64,000 bases of DNA from the human T2T-CHM13v2.0 reference genome, Homo sapiens. Positions 1-13,600 of this stretch are shown in pieces. The DNA lies in NCBI RefSeq assembly GCF_009914755.1, contig NC_060939.1; one strand, written 5' to 3'. A program made the position numbers and the translations under genes. The notes under the pieces are model-generated. The model was not told the DNA's origin. It did no database searches and worked only from the letters and a program-made list of their open reading frames with translations. Positions within the stretch are counted from its first letter, which is position 1. The number at the start of each line of letters is the position of its first letter.

Positions 1-1146
1 CCATTCCAGTCCATTCCATTCGAGTCCGTTCCATTCCAGTCCATTCCATTCGAGTCAATTCCATCCCATTCGATGTCTTTCCATAACGATCCATTCCATT
101 CTATTCCTTTCGATTCCATTCCATTCTATTTCATTCCATTCGATTCCCTTCCATTGGACTCCTTTCCATTCGAGTGCATTCCATTCCGTTCCATTTCTTT
201 CCGTTCTGTACGATTCCTACCGTTCGATTTCATTTTGTTCCAGTCCATTCCTTTCGCGTCCATTCCATTCCATTTCACTCCATTCGATTCCATTCCACTC
301 GATTCCACTTCGTTCCATTTCATTGCATTCCATTCTATTCAACTCTATTGCCTTCCATTCCATTCCATTCGATTACATTCCATGCGATTCCATTCGAAAT
401 CGAATCAATTACATTGCAATCCATTACTATTGAGTCCGTTTTATTCCAGTCCACTGCATTCTGGTCCATTCCATTTGATTCCATTCCATTCTATTCCATT
501 CCATACAGTTGCATTCCATTGGATTCCATGCTATATCTATAAATTCAATTCGAGACCGTTGCTTTTGAGTCCATTCTATATGATTCCATTCCATTCAAGT
601 CCATTACATTTGGTTCAATTCCATTCCATTCCATTCCCTTCCATTCCATTCCATTTGATATCAATCCATTCGATTCCATTCCATTCGAGCACATTCCATT
701 CCACTTCATTCCATTCGATGCCATTCCATTTGATTCTATTCCATTAGTCTCCATTCAATTCCATTAATCTCCATTCCATTCCATTCTACTCCAACTGATT
801 CCATTCCATTCGATTCCTTTCCATTCCATTTCATTCCATTCCATTCCATTTCATTCCATTCCATTCCATTCGTGTCCATTCCACTCCAGTCCATTCCATT
901 CGTGTCCTTTCCATTCCAGTCCATTCCATTTGTGTCCACTGCATTCCATTCCACTCCATTCCATATTATTCCATTACACTCCATTCCATTCTATTACTTT
1001 CATTTCCATTCAATTCCATTCCATTTGATTCCATTCCACTCGGTTTCATTCCATTTGAGTCCACTCCATTCCATTCCATTCCATTCCATTCAATTCCATT
1101 CCATTCTGTTCCATTCCATTCCGTTCCATTACATTCCATTCCATTC

Positions 1147-2940
1147 GGTACCATTCCATATTGTTCCATTCGATTCCATTCGAATCCATTCCATTCCAGT
1201 CCATTCCATTCGATTCCATTCCATTCATTTCAATTCCATTCCATTCCATTCCATTCCATTCCACTTGATTCCTCTCCATTCCCTTCCACTGCATTCCGTT
1301 CGATTCCATTCCATTGCATTGCATTCCATTCCATTGGATTGCATTCCATTCGATTCCATTCCATTCAAATCAATTACATAGCAATCCATTACATTCGAGT
1401 CTATTCTCTTCCGTTCCATTCGATTTCGTTCCAATCCATTCGATTCCATTCCATTCGATTCCATTCCATACTATTGCATTCCATTCGATTACATTATATT
1501 CGAATAAGTTCCATTCAAGACCATTTCTTTTGAGTCCATTCTATTTGAGTCCATTCCCTTTGATTCCATAACATTTGAGTCCATTCAATTCCATTCCTTT
1601 CGTTTCCATTCCATTTGATGCCATTCCATTCAATTCTGTTCTACTCGACTCCAATACATTCAATTCCATTCCATCCGATTCCATTACATTCTTTTCATTT
1701 CTTATCCATTTCAAGCCATTCCACTCCATTCCATTCCACTCGTTTCCTTTCCATTCGAGTCCATTCCTCTCCAGTCCATTCCGTTCAATCCATTCCATTC
1801 CAGTCCATTCCATTCGAGTCCGTTCCATTCCAGTCCATTCCATTCGAGTCAATTCCATTCCATTCGATGTCTTTCCATAACGATCCATTCCATTCTATTC
1901 CTTTCGATTCCATTCCATTCTATTTCATTCCATTCGATTCCCTTCCATTGGACTCCTTTCCATTCGAGTGCATTCCATTCCTTTCCATTTCTTTCCGTTC
2001 TGTACGATTCCTACCGTTCGATTTCATTTTGTTCCAGTCCATTCCTTTCGCGTCCATTCCATTCCATTTCACTCCATTCGATTCCATTCCACTCGATTCC
2101 ACTTCGTTCCATTTCATTGCATTCCATTCTATTCAACTCTATTGCCTTCCATTCCATTCCATTCGATTACATTCCATGCGATTCCATTCGAAATCGAATC
2201 AATTACATTGCAATCCATTACTATTGAGTCCGTTTTATTCCAGTCCACTGCATTCTGGTCCATTCCATTTGATTCCATTCCATTCTATTCCATTCCATAC
2301 AGTTGCATTCCATTGGATTCCATGCTATATCTATAAATTCAATTCGAGACCGTTGCTTTTGAGTCCATTCTATATGATTCCATTCCATTCAAGTCCATTA
2401 CATTTGGTTCAATTCCATTCCATTCCATTCCCTTCCATTCCATTCCATTTGATATCAATCCATTCGATTCCATTCCATTCGAGCACATTCCATTCCACTT
2501 CATTCCATTCGATGCCATTCCATTTGATTCTATTCCATTAGTCTCCATTCAATTCCATTAATCTCCATTCCATTCCATTCTACTCCAACTGATTCCATTC
2601 CATTCTATTCCTTTCCATTCCATTTCATTCCATTCCATTCCATTTCATTCCATTCCATTCCATTCGTGTCCATTCCACTCCAGTCCATTCCATTCGTGTC
2701 CATTCCATTCCAGTCCATTCCATTTGTGTCCACTGCATTCCATTCCACTCCATTCCATATTATTCCATTACACTCCATTCCATTCTATTACTTTCATTTC
2801 CATTCAATTCCATTCCATTTGATTCCATTCCACTCGGTTTCATTCCATTTGAGTCCACTCCATTCCATTCCATTCCATTCCATTCAATTCCATTCCATTC
2901 TGTTCCATTCCATTCCGTTCCATTACATTCCATTCCATTC
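1147..2940 (+). repeat. Representative 1,794-bp higher-order unit (KpnI to KpnI); probable D15Z1 / chr15p 1.8-kb KpnI Satellite III family
   Basis: GGTACC occurs at 1147, 2941, 4730 and onward to 63973, one per unit (two in the 51.3-kb unit). The anchor TTGATGCC/TTGAGGCC recurs at 1615, 3409, 5198, 7007 ... 62632, giving 34 intervals of 1759-1879 bp. One EcoRV site (GATATC, 657) and one GAGACC (552) also occur per unit. The ~1.8-kb KpnI periodicity is the established definition of D15Z1; the locus is not verified by alignment. Confidence 0.8.
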
Positions 2941-3408
2941 GGTACCATTCCATATTGTTCCATTCGATTCCATTCGAATCCATTCCATTCCAGTCCATTC
3001 CATTCGATTCCATTCCATTCATTTCAATTCCATTCCATTCCATTCCATTACATTCCACTTGATTCCTCTCCATTCCCTTCCACTGCATTCCGTTCGATTC
3101 CATTCCATTGCATTGCATTCCATTCCATTGGATTGCATTCCATTCGATTCCATTCCATTCGAATCAATTACATAGCAATCCATTACATTCGAGTCTATTC
3201 TCTTCCGTTCCATTCGATTTCGTTCCAATCCATTCGATTCCATTCCATTCGATTCCATTCCATACTATTGCATTCCATTCGATTACATTATATTCGAATA
3301 AGTTCCATTCAAGACCATTTCTTTTGAGTCCATTCTATTTGAGTCCATTCCCTTTGATTTCATAACATTTGAGTCCATTCAATTCCATTCCTTTCGTTTC
3401 CATTCCAT

Positions 3409-6400
3409 TTGATGCCATTCCATTCAATTCTGTTCTACTCGACTCCAATACATTCAATTCCATTCCATCCGATTCCATTACATTCTTTTCATTTCTTATC
3501 CATTTCAAGCCATTCCACTCCATTCCATTCCACTCGTTTCCTTTCCATTCGAGTCCATTCCTCTCCAGTCCATTCCGTTCAATCCATTCCATTCCAGTCC
3601 ATTCCATTCGAGTCCGTTCCATTCCAGTCCATTCCATTCGAGTCAATTCCATTCCATTCGATGTCTTTCCATAACGATCCATTCCATTCTATTCCTTTCG
3701 ATTCCATTCCATTCTATTTCATTCCATTCGATTCCCTTCCATTGGACTCCTTTCCATTCGAGTGCATTCCATTCCGTTCCATTTCTTTCCGTTCTGTACG
3801 ATTCCTACCGTTCGATTTCATTTTGTTCCAGTCCATTCCTTTCGCGTCCATTCCATTCCATTTCACTCCATTCGATTCCATTCCACTCGATTCCACTTCG
3901 TTCCATTTCATTGCATTCCATTCTATTCAACTCTATTGCCTTCCATTCCATTCCATTCGATTACATTCCATGCGATTCCATTCGAAATCGAATCAATTAC
4001 ATTGCAATCCATTACTATTGAGTCCGTTTTATTCCAGTCCACTGCATTCTGGTCCATTCCATTTGATTCCATTCCATTCTATTCCATTCCATACAGTTGC
4101 ATTCCATTGGATTCCATGCTATATCTATAAATTCAATTCGAGACCATTGCTTTTGAGTCCATTCTACATGATTCCATTCCATTCAAGTCCATTACATTTG
4201 GTTCAATTCCATTCCATTCCATTCCCTTCCATTCCATTCCATTTGATATCAATCCATTCGATTCCATTCCATTCGAGCACATTCCATTCCACTCCATTCC
4301 ATTCGATGCCATTCCATTTGATTCTATTCCATTAGTCTCCATTCAATTCCATTAATCTCCATTCCATTCCATTCTACTCCAACTGATTCCATTCCATTCT
4401 ATTCCTTTCCATTCCATTTCATTCCATTCCATTCCATTTCATTCCATTCCATTCCATTCGTGTCCATTCCACTCCAGTCCATTCCATTCGTGTCCATTCC
4501 ATTCCAGTCCATTCCATTTTTGTCCACTGCATTCCATTCCACTCCATTCCATATTATTCCATTACACTCCATTCCATTCTATTACTTTCATTTCCATTCA
4601 ATTCCATTCCATTTGATTCCATTCCACTCGGTTTCATTCCATTTGAGTCCACTCCATTCCATTCCATTCCATTCAGTTCCATTCCATTCTGTTCCATTCC
4701 ATTCCGTTCCATTATATTCCATTCCATTCGGTACCATTCCATATTGTTCCATTCGATTCCATTCGAATCCATTCCATTCCAGTCCATTCCATTCGATTCC
4801 ATTCCATTCATTTCAATTCCATTCCATTCCATTCCATTCCATTCCACTTGATTCCTCTCCATTCCCTTCCACTGCATTCCGTTCGATTCCATTCCATTGC
4901 ATTGCATTCCATTCCATTGGATTGCATTCCATTCGATTCCATTCCATTCGAATCAATTACATAGCAATCCATTACATTCGAGTCTATTCTCTTCCGTTCC
5001 ATTCGATTTCATTCCAATCCATTCGATTCCATTCCATTCGATTCCATTCCATACTATTGCATTCCATTCGATTACATTATATTCGAATAAGTTCCATTCA
5101 AGACCATTTCTTTTGAGTCCATTCTATTTGAGTCCATTCCCTTTGATTCCATAACATTTGAGTCCATTCAATTCCATTCCTTTCGTTTCCATTCCATTTG
5201 ATGCCATTCCATTCAATTCTGTTCTACTCGACTCCAATACATTCAATTCCATTCCATCCGATTCCATTACATTCTTTTCATTTCTTATCCATTTCAAGCC
5301 ATTCCACTCCATTCCATTCCACTCGTTTCCTTTCCATTCGAGTCCATTCCTCTCCAGTCCATTCCGTTCAATCCATTCCATTCCAGTCCATTCCATTCGA
5401 GTCCGTTCCATTCCAGTCCATTCCATTCGAGTCAATTCCATTCCATTCGATGTCTTTCCATAACGATCCATTCCATTCTATTCCTTTCGATTCCATTCCA
5501 TTCTATTTCATTCCATTCGATTCCCTTCCATTGGACTCCTTTCCATTCGAGTGCATTCCATTCCGTTCCATTTCTTTCCGTTCTGTACGATTCCTACCGT
5601 TCGATTTCATTTTGTTCCAGTCCATTCCTTTCGCGTCCATTCCATTCCATTTCACTACATTCGATTCCATTCCATTCGATTCCATTCTACTCGATTCCAC
5701 TTCGTTCCATTTCATTGCATTCCATTCTATTCAACTCTATTGCCTTCCATTCCATTCCATTCGATTACATTCCATGCGATTCCATTCGAAATCGAATCAA
5801 TTACATTGAAATTCATTACTATTTAGTCCGTTTTATTCCAGTCCACTGCATTCTGGTCCATTCCATTTGATTCCATTCCATTGTATTCCATTCCATACAG
5901 TTGCATTCCATTGGATTCCATGCTATATCTATAAATTCAATTCGAGACCATTGCTTTTGAGTCCATTCTATATGATTCCATTCCATTCAAGTCCATTACA
6001 TTTGGTTCAATTCCATTCCATTCCATTCCCTTCCATTCCATTCCATTTGATATCAATCCATTCGATTCCATTCCATTCGAGCACATTCCATTCGAGTCCA
6101 TTCCATTCGATGCCATTCCATTTGATTCTATTCCATTAGTCTCCATTCAATTCCATTAATCTCCTTTCCATTCCATTCTACTCCAACTGATTCCATTCCA
6201 TTCTATTCCTTTCCATTCCATTTCATTCCATTCCATTCCATTTCATTCCATTCCATTCCATTCGTGTCCATTCCACTCCAGTCCATTCCATTCGTGTCCA
6301 TTCCATTCCAGTCCATTCCATTTGTGTCCACTGCATTCCATTCCACTCCATTCCATATTATTCCATTACACTCCATTCCATTCTATTACTTTCATTTCCA

Positions 6401-9400
6401 TTCAATTCCATTCCATTTGATTCCATTCCACTCGGTTTCATTCCATTTGAGTCCACTCCATTCCATTCCATTCCATTCCATTCAGTTCCATTCCATTCTG
6501 TTCCATTCCATTCCGTTCCATTACATTCCATTCCATTCGGTACCATTCCATATTGTTCCATTCGATTCCATTCGAATCCATTCCATTCCAGTCCATTCCA
6601 TTCGATTCCATTCCATTCATTTCAATTCCATTCCATTCCATTCCATTCCATTCCACTTGATTCCTCTCCATTCCCTTCCACTGCATTCCGTTCGATTCCA
6701 TTCCATTGCATTGCATTCCATTCCATTGGATTGCATTCCATTCGATTCCATTCCATTCGAATCAATTACATAGCAATCCATTACATTCGAGTCTATTCTC
6801 TTCCGTTCCATTCGATTTCGTTCCAATCCATTCGATTCCATTCCATTCGATTCCATTCCATACTATTGCATTCCATTCGATTACATTATATTCGAATAAG
6901 TTCCATTCAAGACCATTTCTTTTGAGTCCATTCTATTTGAGTCCATTCCCTTTGATTTCATAACATTTGAGTCCATTCAATTCCATTCCTTTCGTTTCCA
7001 TTCCATTTGATGCCATTCCATTCAATTCTGTTCTACTCGACTCCAATACATTCAATTCCATTCCATCCGATTCCATTACATTCTTTTCATTTCTTATCCA
7101 TTTCAAGCCATTCCACTCCATTCCATTCCACTCGTTTCCTTTCCATTCGAGTCCATTCCTCTCCAGTCCATTCCGTTCAATCCATTCCATTCCAGTCCAT
7201 TCCATTCGAGTCCGTTCCATTCCAGTCCATTCCATTCGAGTCAATTCCATTCCATTCGATGTCTTTCCATAACGATCCATTCCATTCTATTCCTTTCGAT
7301 TCCATTCCATTCTATTTCATTCCATTCGATTCCCTTCCATTGGACTCCTTTCCATTCGAGTGCATTCCATTCCGTTCCATTTCTTTCCGTTCTGTACGAT
7401 TCCTACCGTTCGATTTCATTTTGTTCCAGTCCATTCCTTTCGCGTCCATTCCATTCCATTTCACTCCATTCGATTCCATTCCACTCGATTCCACTTCGTT
7501 CCATTTCATTGCATTCCATTCTATTCAACTCTATTGCCTTCCATTCCATTTCATTCGATTACATTCCATGCGATTCCATTCGAAATCGAATCAATTACAT
7601 TGCAATCCATTACTATTGAGTCCGTTTTATTCCAGTCCACTGCATTCTGGTCCATTCCATTTGATTCCATTCCATTCTATTCCATTCCATACAGTTGCAT
7701 TCCATTGGATTCCATGCTATATCTATAAATTCAATTCGAGACCATTGCTTTTGAGTCCATTCTACATGATTCCATTCCATTCAAGTCCATTACATTTGGT
7801 TCAATTCCATTCCATTCCATTCCCTTCCATTCCATTCCATTTGATATCAATCCATTCGATTCCATTCCATTCGAGCACATTCCATTCCACTCCATTCCAT
7901 TCGATGCCATTCCATTTGATTCTATTCCATTAGTCTCCATTCAATTCCATTAATCTCCATTCCATTCCATTCTACTCCAACTGATTCCATTCCATTCTAT
8001 TCCTTTCCATTCCATTTCATTCCATTCCATTCCATTTCATTCCATTCCATTCCATTCGTGTCCATTCCACTCCAGTCCATTCCATTCGTGTCCATTCCAT
8101 TCCAGTCCATTCCATTTTTGTCCACTGCATTCCATTCCACTCCATTCCATATTATTCCATTACACTCCATTCCATTCTATTACTTTCATTTCCATTCAAT
8201 TCCATTCCATTTGATTCCATTCCACTCGGTTTCATTCCATTTGAGTCCACTCCATTCCATTCCATTCCATTCAGTTCCATTCCATTCTGTTCCATTCCAT
8301 TCCGTTCCATTACATTCCATTCCATTTGGTACCATTCCATATTGTTCCATTCGATTCCATTCGAATCCATTCCATTCCAGTCCATTCCATTCGATTCCAT
8401 TCCATTCATTTCAATTCCATTCCATTCCATTCCATTCCATTCCACTTGATTCCTCTCCATTCCCTTCCACTGCATTCCGTTCGATTCCATTCCATTGCAT
8501 TGCATTCCATTCCATTGGATTGCATTCCATTCGATTCCATTCCATTCGAATCAATTACATAGCAATCCATTACATTCGAGTCTATTCTCTTCCGTTCCAT
8601 TCGATTTCATTCCAATCCATTCGATTCCATTCCATTCGATTCCATTCCATACTATTGCATTCCATTCGATTACATTATATTCGAATAAGTTCCATTCAAG
8701 ACCATTTCTTTTGACTCCATTCTATTTGAGTCCATTCCCTTTGATTCCATAACATTTGAGTCCATTCAATTCCATTCCTTTCGTTTCCATTCCATTTGAT
8801 GCCATTCCATTCAATTCTGTTCTACTCGACTCCAATACATTCAATTCCATTCCATCCGATTCCATTACATTCTTTTCATTTCTTATCCATTTCAAGCCAT
8901 TCCACTCCATTCCATTCCACTCGTTTCCTTTCCATTCGAGTCCATTCCTCTCCAGTCCATTCCGTTCAATCCATTCCATTCCAGTCCATTCCATTCGAGT
9001 CCGTTCCATTCCAGTCCATTCCATTCGAGTCAATTCCATTCCATTCGATGTCTTTCCATAACGATCCATTCCATTCTATTCCTTTCGATTCCATTCCATT
9101 CTATTTCATTCCATTCGATTCCCTTCCATTGGACTCCTTTCCATTCGAGTGCATTCCATTCCGTTCCATTTCTTTCCGTTCTGTACGATTCCTACCGTTC
9201 GATTTCATTTTGTTCCAGTCCATTCCTTTCGCGTCCATTCCATTCCATTTCACTGCATTCGATTCCATTCCATTCGATTCCATTCTACTCGATTCCACTT
9301 CGTTCCATTTCATTGCATTCCATTCTATTCAACTCTATTTCCTTCCATTCCATTCCATTCGATTACATTCCATGCGATTCCATTCGAAATCGAATCAATT

Positions 9401-10604
9401 ACATTGAAATTCATTACTATTTAGTCCGTTTTATTCCAGTCCACTGCATTCTGGTCCATTCCATTTGATTCCATTCCATTCTATTCCATTCCATACAGTT
9501 GCATTCCATTGGATTCCATGCTATATCTATAAATTCAATTCGAGACCATTGCTTTTGAGTCCATTCTATATGATTCCATTCCATTCAAGTCCATTACATT
9601 TGGTTCAATTCCATTCAATTCCATTCCCTTCCATTCCATTCCATTTGATATCAATCCATTCGATTCCATTCCATTCGAGCACATTCCATTCGAGTCCATT
9701 CCATTCGATGCCATTCCATTTGATTCTATTCCATTAGTCTCCATTCAATTCCATTAATCTCCTTTCCATTCCATTCTACTCCAACTGATTCCATTCCATT
9801 CTATTCCTTTCCATTCCATTTCATTCCATTCCATTCCATTTCATTCCATTCCATTCCATTCGTGTCCATTCCACTCCAGTCCATTCCATTCGTGTCCATT
9901 CCATTCCAGTCCATTCCATTTGTGTCCACTGCATTCCATTCCACTCCATTCCATATTATTCCATTACACTCCATTCCATTCTATTACTTTCATTTCCATT
10001 CAATTCCATTCCATTTGATTCCATTCCACTCGGTTTCATTCCATTTGAGTCCACTCCATTCCATTCCATTCCATTCCATTCAGTTCCATTCCATTCTGTT
10101 CCATTCCATTCCGTTCCATTACATTCCATTCCATTCGGTACCATTCCATATTGTTCCATTCGATTCCATTCGAATCCATTCCATTCCAGTCCATTCCATT
10201 CGATTCCATTCCATTCATTTCAATTCCATTCCATTCCATTCCATTCCATTCCACTTGATTCCTCTCCATTCCCTTCCACTGCATTCCGTTCGATTCCATT
10301 CCATTGCATTGCATTCCATTCCATTGGATTGCATTCCATTCGATTCCATTCCATTCGAATCAATTACATAGCAATCCATTACATTCGAGTCTATTCTCTT
10401 CCGTTCCATTCGATTTCGTTCCAATCCATTCGATTCCATTCCATTCGATTCCATTCCATACTATTGCATTCCATTCGATTACATTATATTCGAATAAGTT
10501 CCATTCAAGACCATTTCTTTTGAGTCCATTCTATTTGAGTCCATTCCCTTTGATTCCATAACATTTGAGTCCATTCAATTCCATTCCTTTCGTTTCCATT
10601 CCAT
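3409..10604 (+). repeat. Two tandem copies of a 3,598-bp dimer (1789+1809)
   Basis: Shared private variants at offset 3598: ttctacatg (~4162/7760), gatttcattccaatcc (~5005/8603), a 15-bp insertion (~5660/9258), acattgaaattc (~5803/9401) and atttagtcc (5821/9419). Confidence 0.9.
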
Positions 10605-13600
10605 TTGATGCCATTCCATTCAATTCTGTTCTACTCGACTCCAATACATTCAATTCCATTCCATCCGATTCCATTACATTCTTTTCATTTCTTATCCATT
10701 TCAAGCCATTCCACTCCATTCCATTCCACTCGTTTCCTTTCCATTCGAGTCCATTCCTCTCCAGTCCATTCCGTTCAATCCATTCCATTCCAGTCCATTC
10801 CATTCGAGTCCGTTCCATTCCAGTCCATTCCATTCGAGTCAATTCCATTCCATTCGATGTCTTTCCATAACGATCCATTCCATTCTATTCCTTTCGATTC
10901 CATTCCATTCTATTTCATTCCATTCGATTCCCTTCCATTGGACTCCTTTCCATTCGAGTGCATTCCATTCCTTTCCATTTCTTTCCGTTCTGTACGATTC
11001 CTACCGTTCGATTTCATTTTGTTCCAGTCCATTCCTTTCGCGTCCATTCCATTCCATTTCACTCCATTCGATTCCATTCCACTCGATTCCACTTCGTTCC
11101 ATTTCATTGCATTCCATTCTATTCAACTCTATTGCCTTCCATTCCATTCCATTCGATTACATTCCATGCGATTCCATTCGAAATCGAATCAATTACATTG
11201 CAATCCATTACTATTGAGTCCGTTTTATTCCAGTCCACTGCATTCTGGTCCATTCCATTTGATTCCATTCCATTCTATTCCATTCCATACAGTTGCATTC
11301 CATTGGATTCCATGCTATATCTATAAATTCAATTCGAGACCATTGCTTTTGAGTCCATTCTATATGATTCCATTCCATTCAAGTCCATTACATTTGGTTC
11401 AATTCCATTCCATTCCATTCCCTTCCATTCCATTCCATTTGATATCAATCCATTCGATTCCATTCCATTCGAGCACATTCCATTCGAGTCCATTCCATTC
11501 GATGCCATTCCATTTTATTCTATTCCATTAGTCTCCATTCAATTCCATTAATCTCCTTTCCTTTCCATTCTATTCCAACTGATTCCATTCCATTCTATTC
11601 CTTTCCATTCCATTTCATTCCATTCCATTCCATTTCATTCCATTCCATTCCATTCGTGTCCATTCCACTCCAGTCCATTCCATTCGTGTCCATTCCATTC
11701 CAGTCCATTCCATTTGTGTCCACTGCATTCCATTCCACTCCATTCCATATTATTCCATTACACTCCATTCCATTCTATTACTTTCATTTCCATTCAATTC
11801 CATTCCATTTGATTCCATTCCACTCGGTTTCATTCCATTTGAGTCCACTCCATTCCATTCCATTCCATTCCATTCAGTTTCATTCCATTCTGTTACATTC
11901 CATTCCGTTCCATTACATTCCATTCCATTCGGTACCATTCCATATTGTTCCATTCGATTCCATTCGAATCCATTCCATTCCAGTCCATTCCATTCGATTC
12001 CATTCCATTCATTTCAATTCCATTCCATTCCATTCCATTACATTCCACTTGATTCCTCTCCATTCCCTTCCACTGCATTCCGTTCGATTCCATTCCATTG
12101 CATTGCATTCCATTCCATTGGATTGCATTCCATTCGATTCCATTCCATTCGAATCAATTACATAGCAATCCATTACATGCGAGTCTATTCTCTTCCGTTC
12201 CATTCGATTTCGTTCCAATCCATTCGATTCCATTCCATTCGATTCCATTCCATACTATTGCATTCCATTCGATTACATTATATTCGAATAAGTTCCATTC
12301 AAGACCATTTCTTTTGAGTCCATTCTATTTGAGTCCATTCCCTTTGATTCCATAACATTTGAGTCCATTCAATTCCATTCCTTTCGTTTCCATTCCATTT
12401 GATGCCATTCCATTCAATTCTGTTCTACTCGACTCCAATACATTCAATTCCATTCCATCCGATTCCATTACATTCTTTTCATTTCTTATCCATTTCAAGC
12501 CATTCCACTCCATTCCATTCCACTCGTTTCCTTTCCATTCGAGTCCATTCCTCTCCAGTCCATTCCGTTCAATCCATTCCATTCCAGTCCATTCCATTCG
12601 AGTCCGTTCCATTCCAGTCCATTCCATTCGATTCCGTTCCATTCCAGTCCATTCCATTCGAGTCAATTCCATTCCATTCGATGTCTTTCCATAACGATCC
12701 ATTCCATTCTATTCCTTTCGATTCCATTCCATTCTATTTCATTCCATTCGATTCCCTTCCATTGGACTCCTTTCCATTCGAGTGCATTCCATTCCTTTCC
12801 ATTTCTTTCCGTTCTGTACGATTCCTACCGTTTGATTTCATTTTGTTCCAGTCCATTCCTTTCGCGTCCATTCCATTCCATTTCACTCCATTCGATTCCA
12901 TTCCACTCGATTCCACTTCGTTCCATTTCATTGCATTCCATTCTATTCAACTCTATTGCCTTCCATTCCATTCCATTCGATTACATTCCATGCGATTCCA
13001 TTCGAAATCGAATCAATTACATTGCAATCCATTACTATTGAGTCCGTTTTATTCCAGTCCACTGCATTCTGGTCCATTCCATTTGATTCCATTCCATTCT
13101 ATTCCATTCCATACAGTTGCATTCCATTGGATTCCATGCTATATCTATAAATTCAATTCGAGACCATTGCTTTTGAGTCCATTCTATATGATTCCATTCC
13201 ATTCAAGTCCATTACATTTGGTTCAATTCCATTCCATTCCATTCCCTTCCATTCCATTCCATTTGATATCAATCCATTCGATTCCATTCCATTCGAGCAC
13301 ATTCCATTCCACTCCATTCCATTCGATGCCATTCCATTTGATTCTATTCCATTAGTCTCCATTCAATTCCATTAATCTCCATTCCATTCCATTCTACTCC
13401 AACTGATTCCATTCCATTCTATTCCTTTCCATTCCATTTCATTCCATTCCATTCCATTTCATTCCATTCCATTCCATTCGTGTCCATTCCACTCCAGTCC
13501 ATTCCATTCGTGTCCATTCCATTCCAGTCCATTCCATTTTTGTCCACTGCATTCCATTCCACTCCATTCCATATTATTCCATTACACTCCATTCCATTCT

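Noticed and set aside
391-410. Heat-shock element at ttcgaaatcgaatc (and ttcgaataagttc at ~1499)
   Set aside because: GAA/TTC spacing does not fit the canonical nGAAnnTTCnnGAAn triple inverted pentamer, so no HSF1 site is claimed from sequence.
1541-1888. Recurring minus-strand ORFs (MEWNG-rich, 62-160 aa)
   Set aside because: These are direct translations of (GAATG)n, which supplies an ATG every 5 bp. They are spurious low-complexity peptides.
1615-2541. Recurring ~308-aa ORF (HSIPF-rich) and the other + strand ORFs in each unit
   Set aside because: (CATTC)n contains no stop codon and translates to HSIPF repeats in all frames, and overlapping frames are open simultaneously. The ORF recurs only because the DNA unit is duplicated, and it is broken by stops in several units (5198, 8796, 17791, 21384, 30354, 57265). 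There is no domain or codon evidence.
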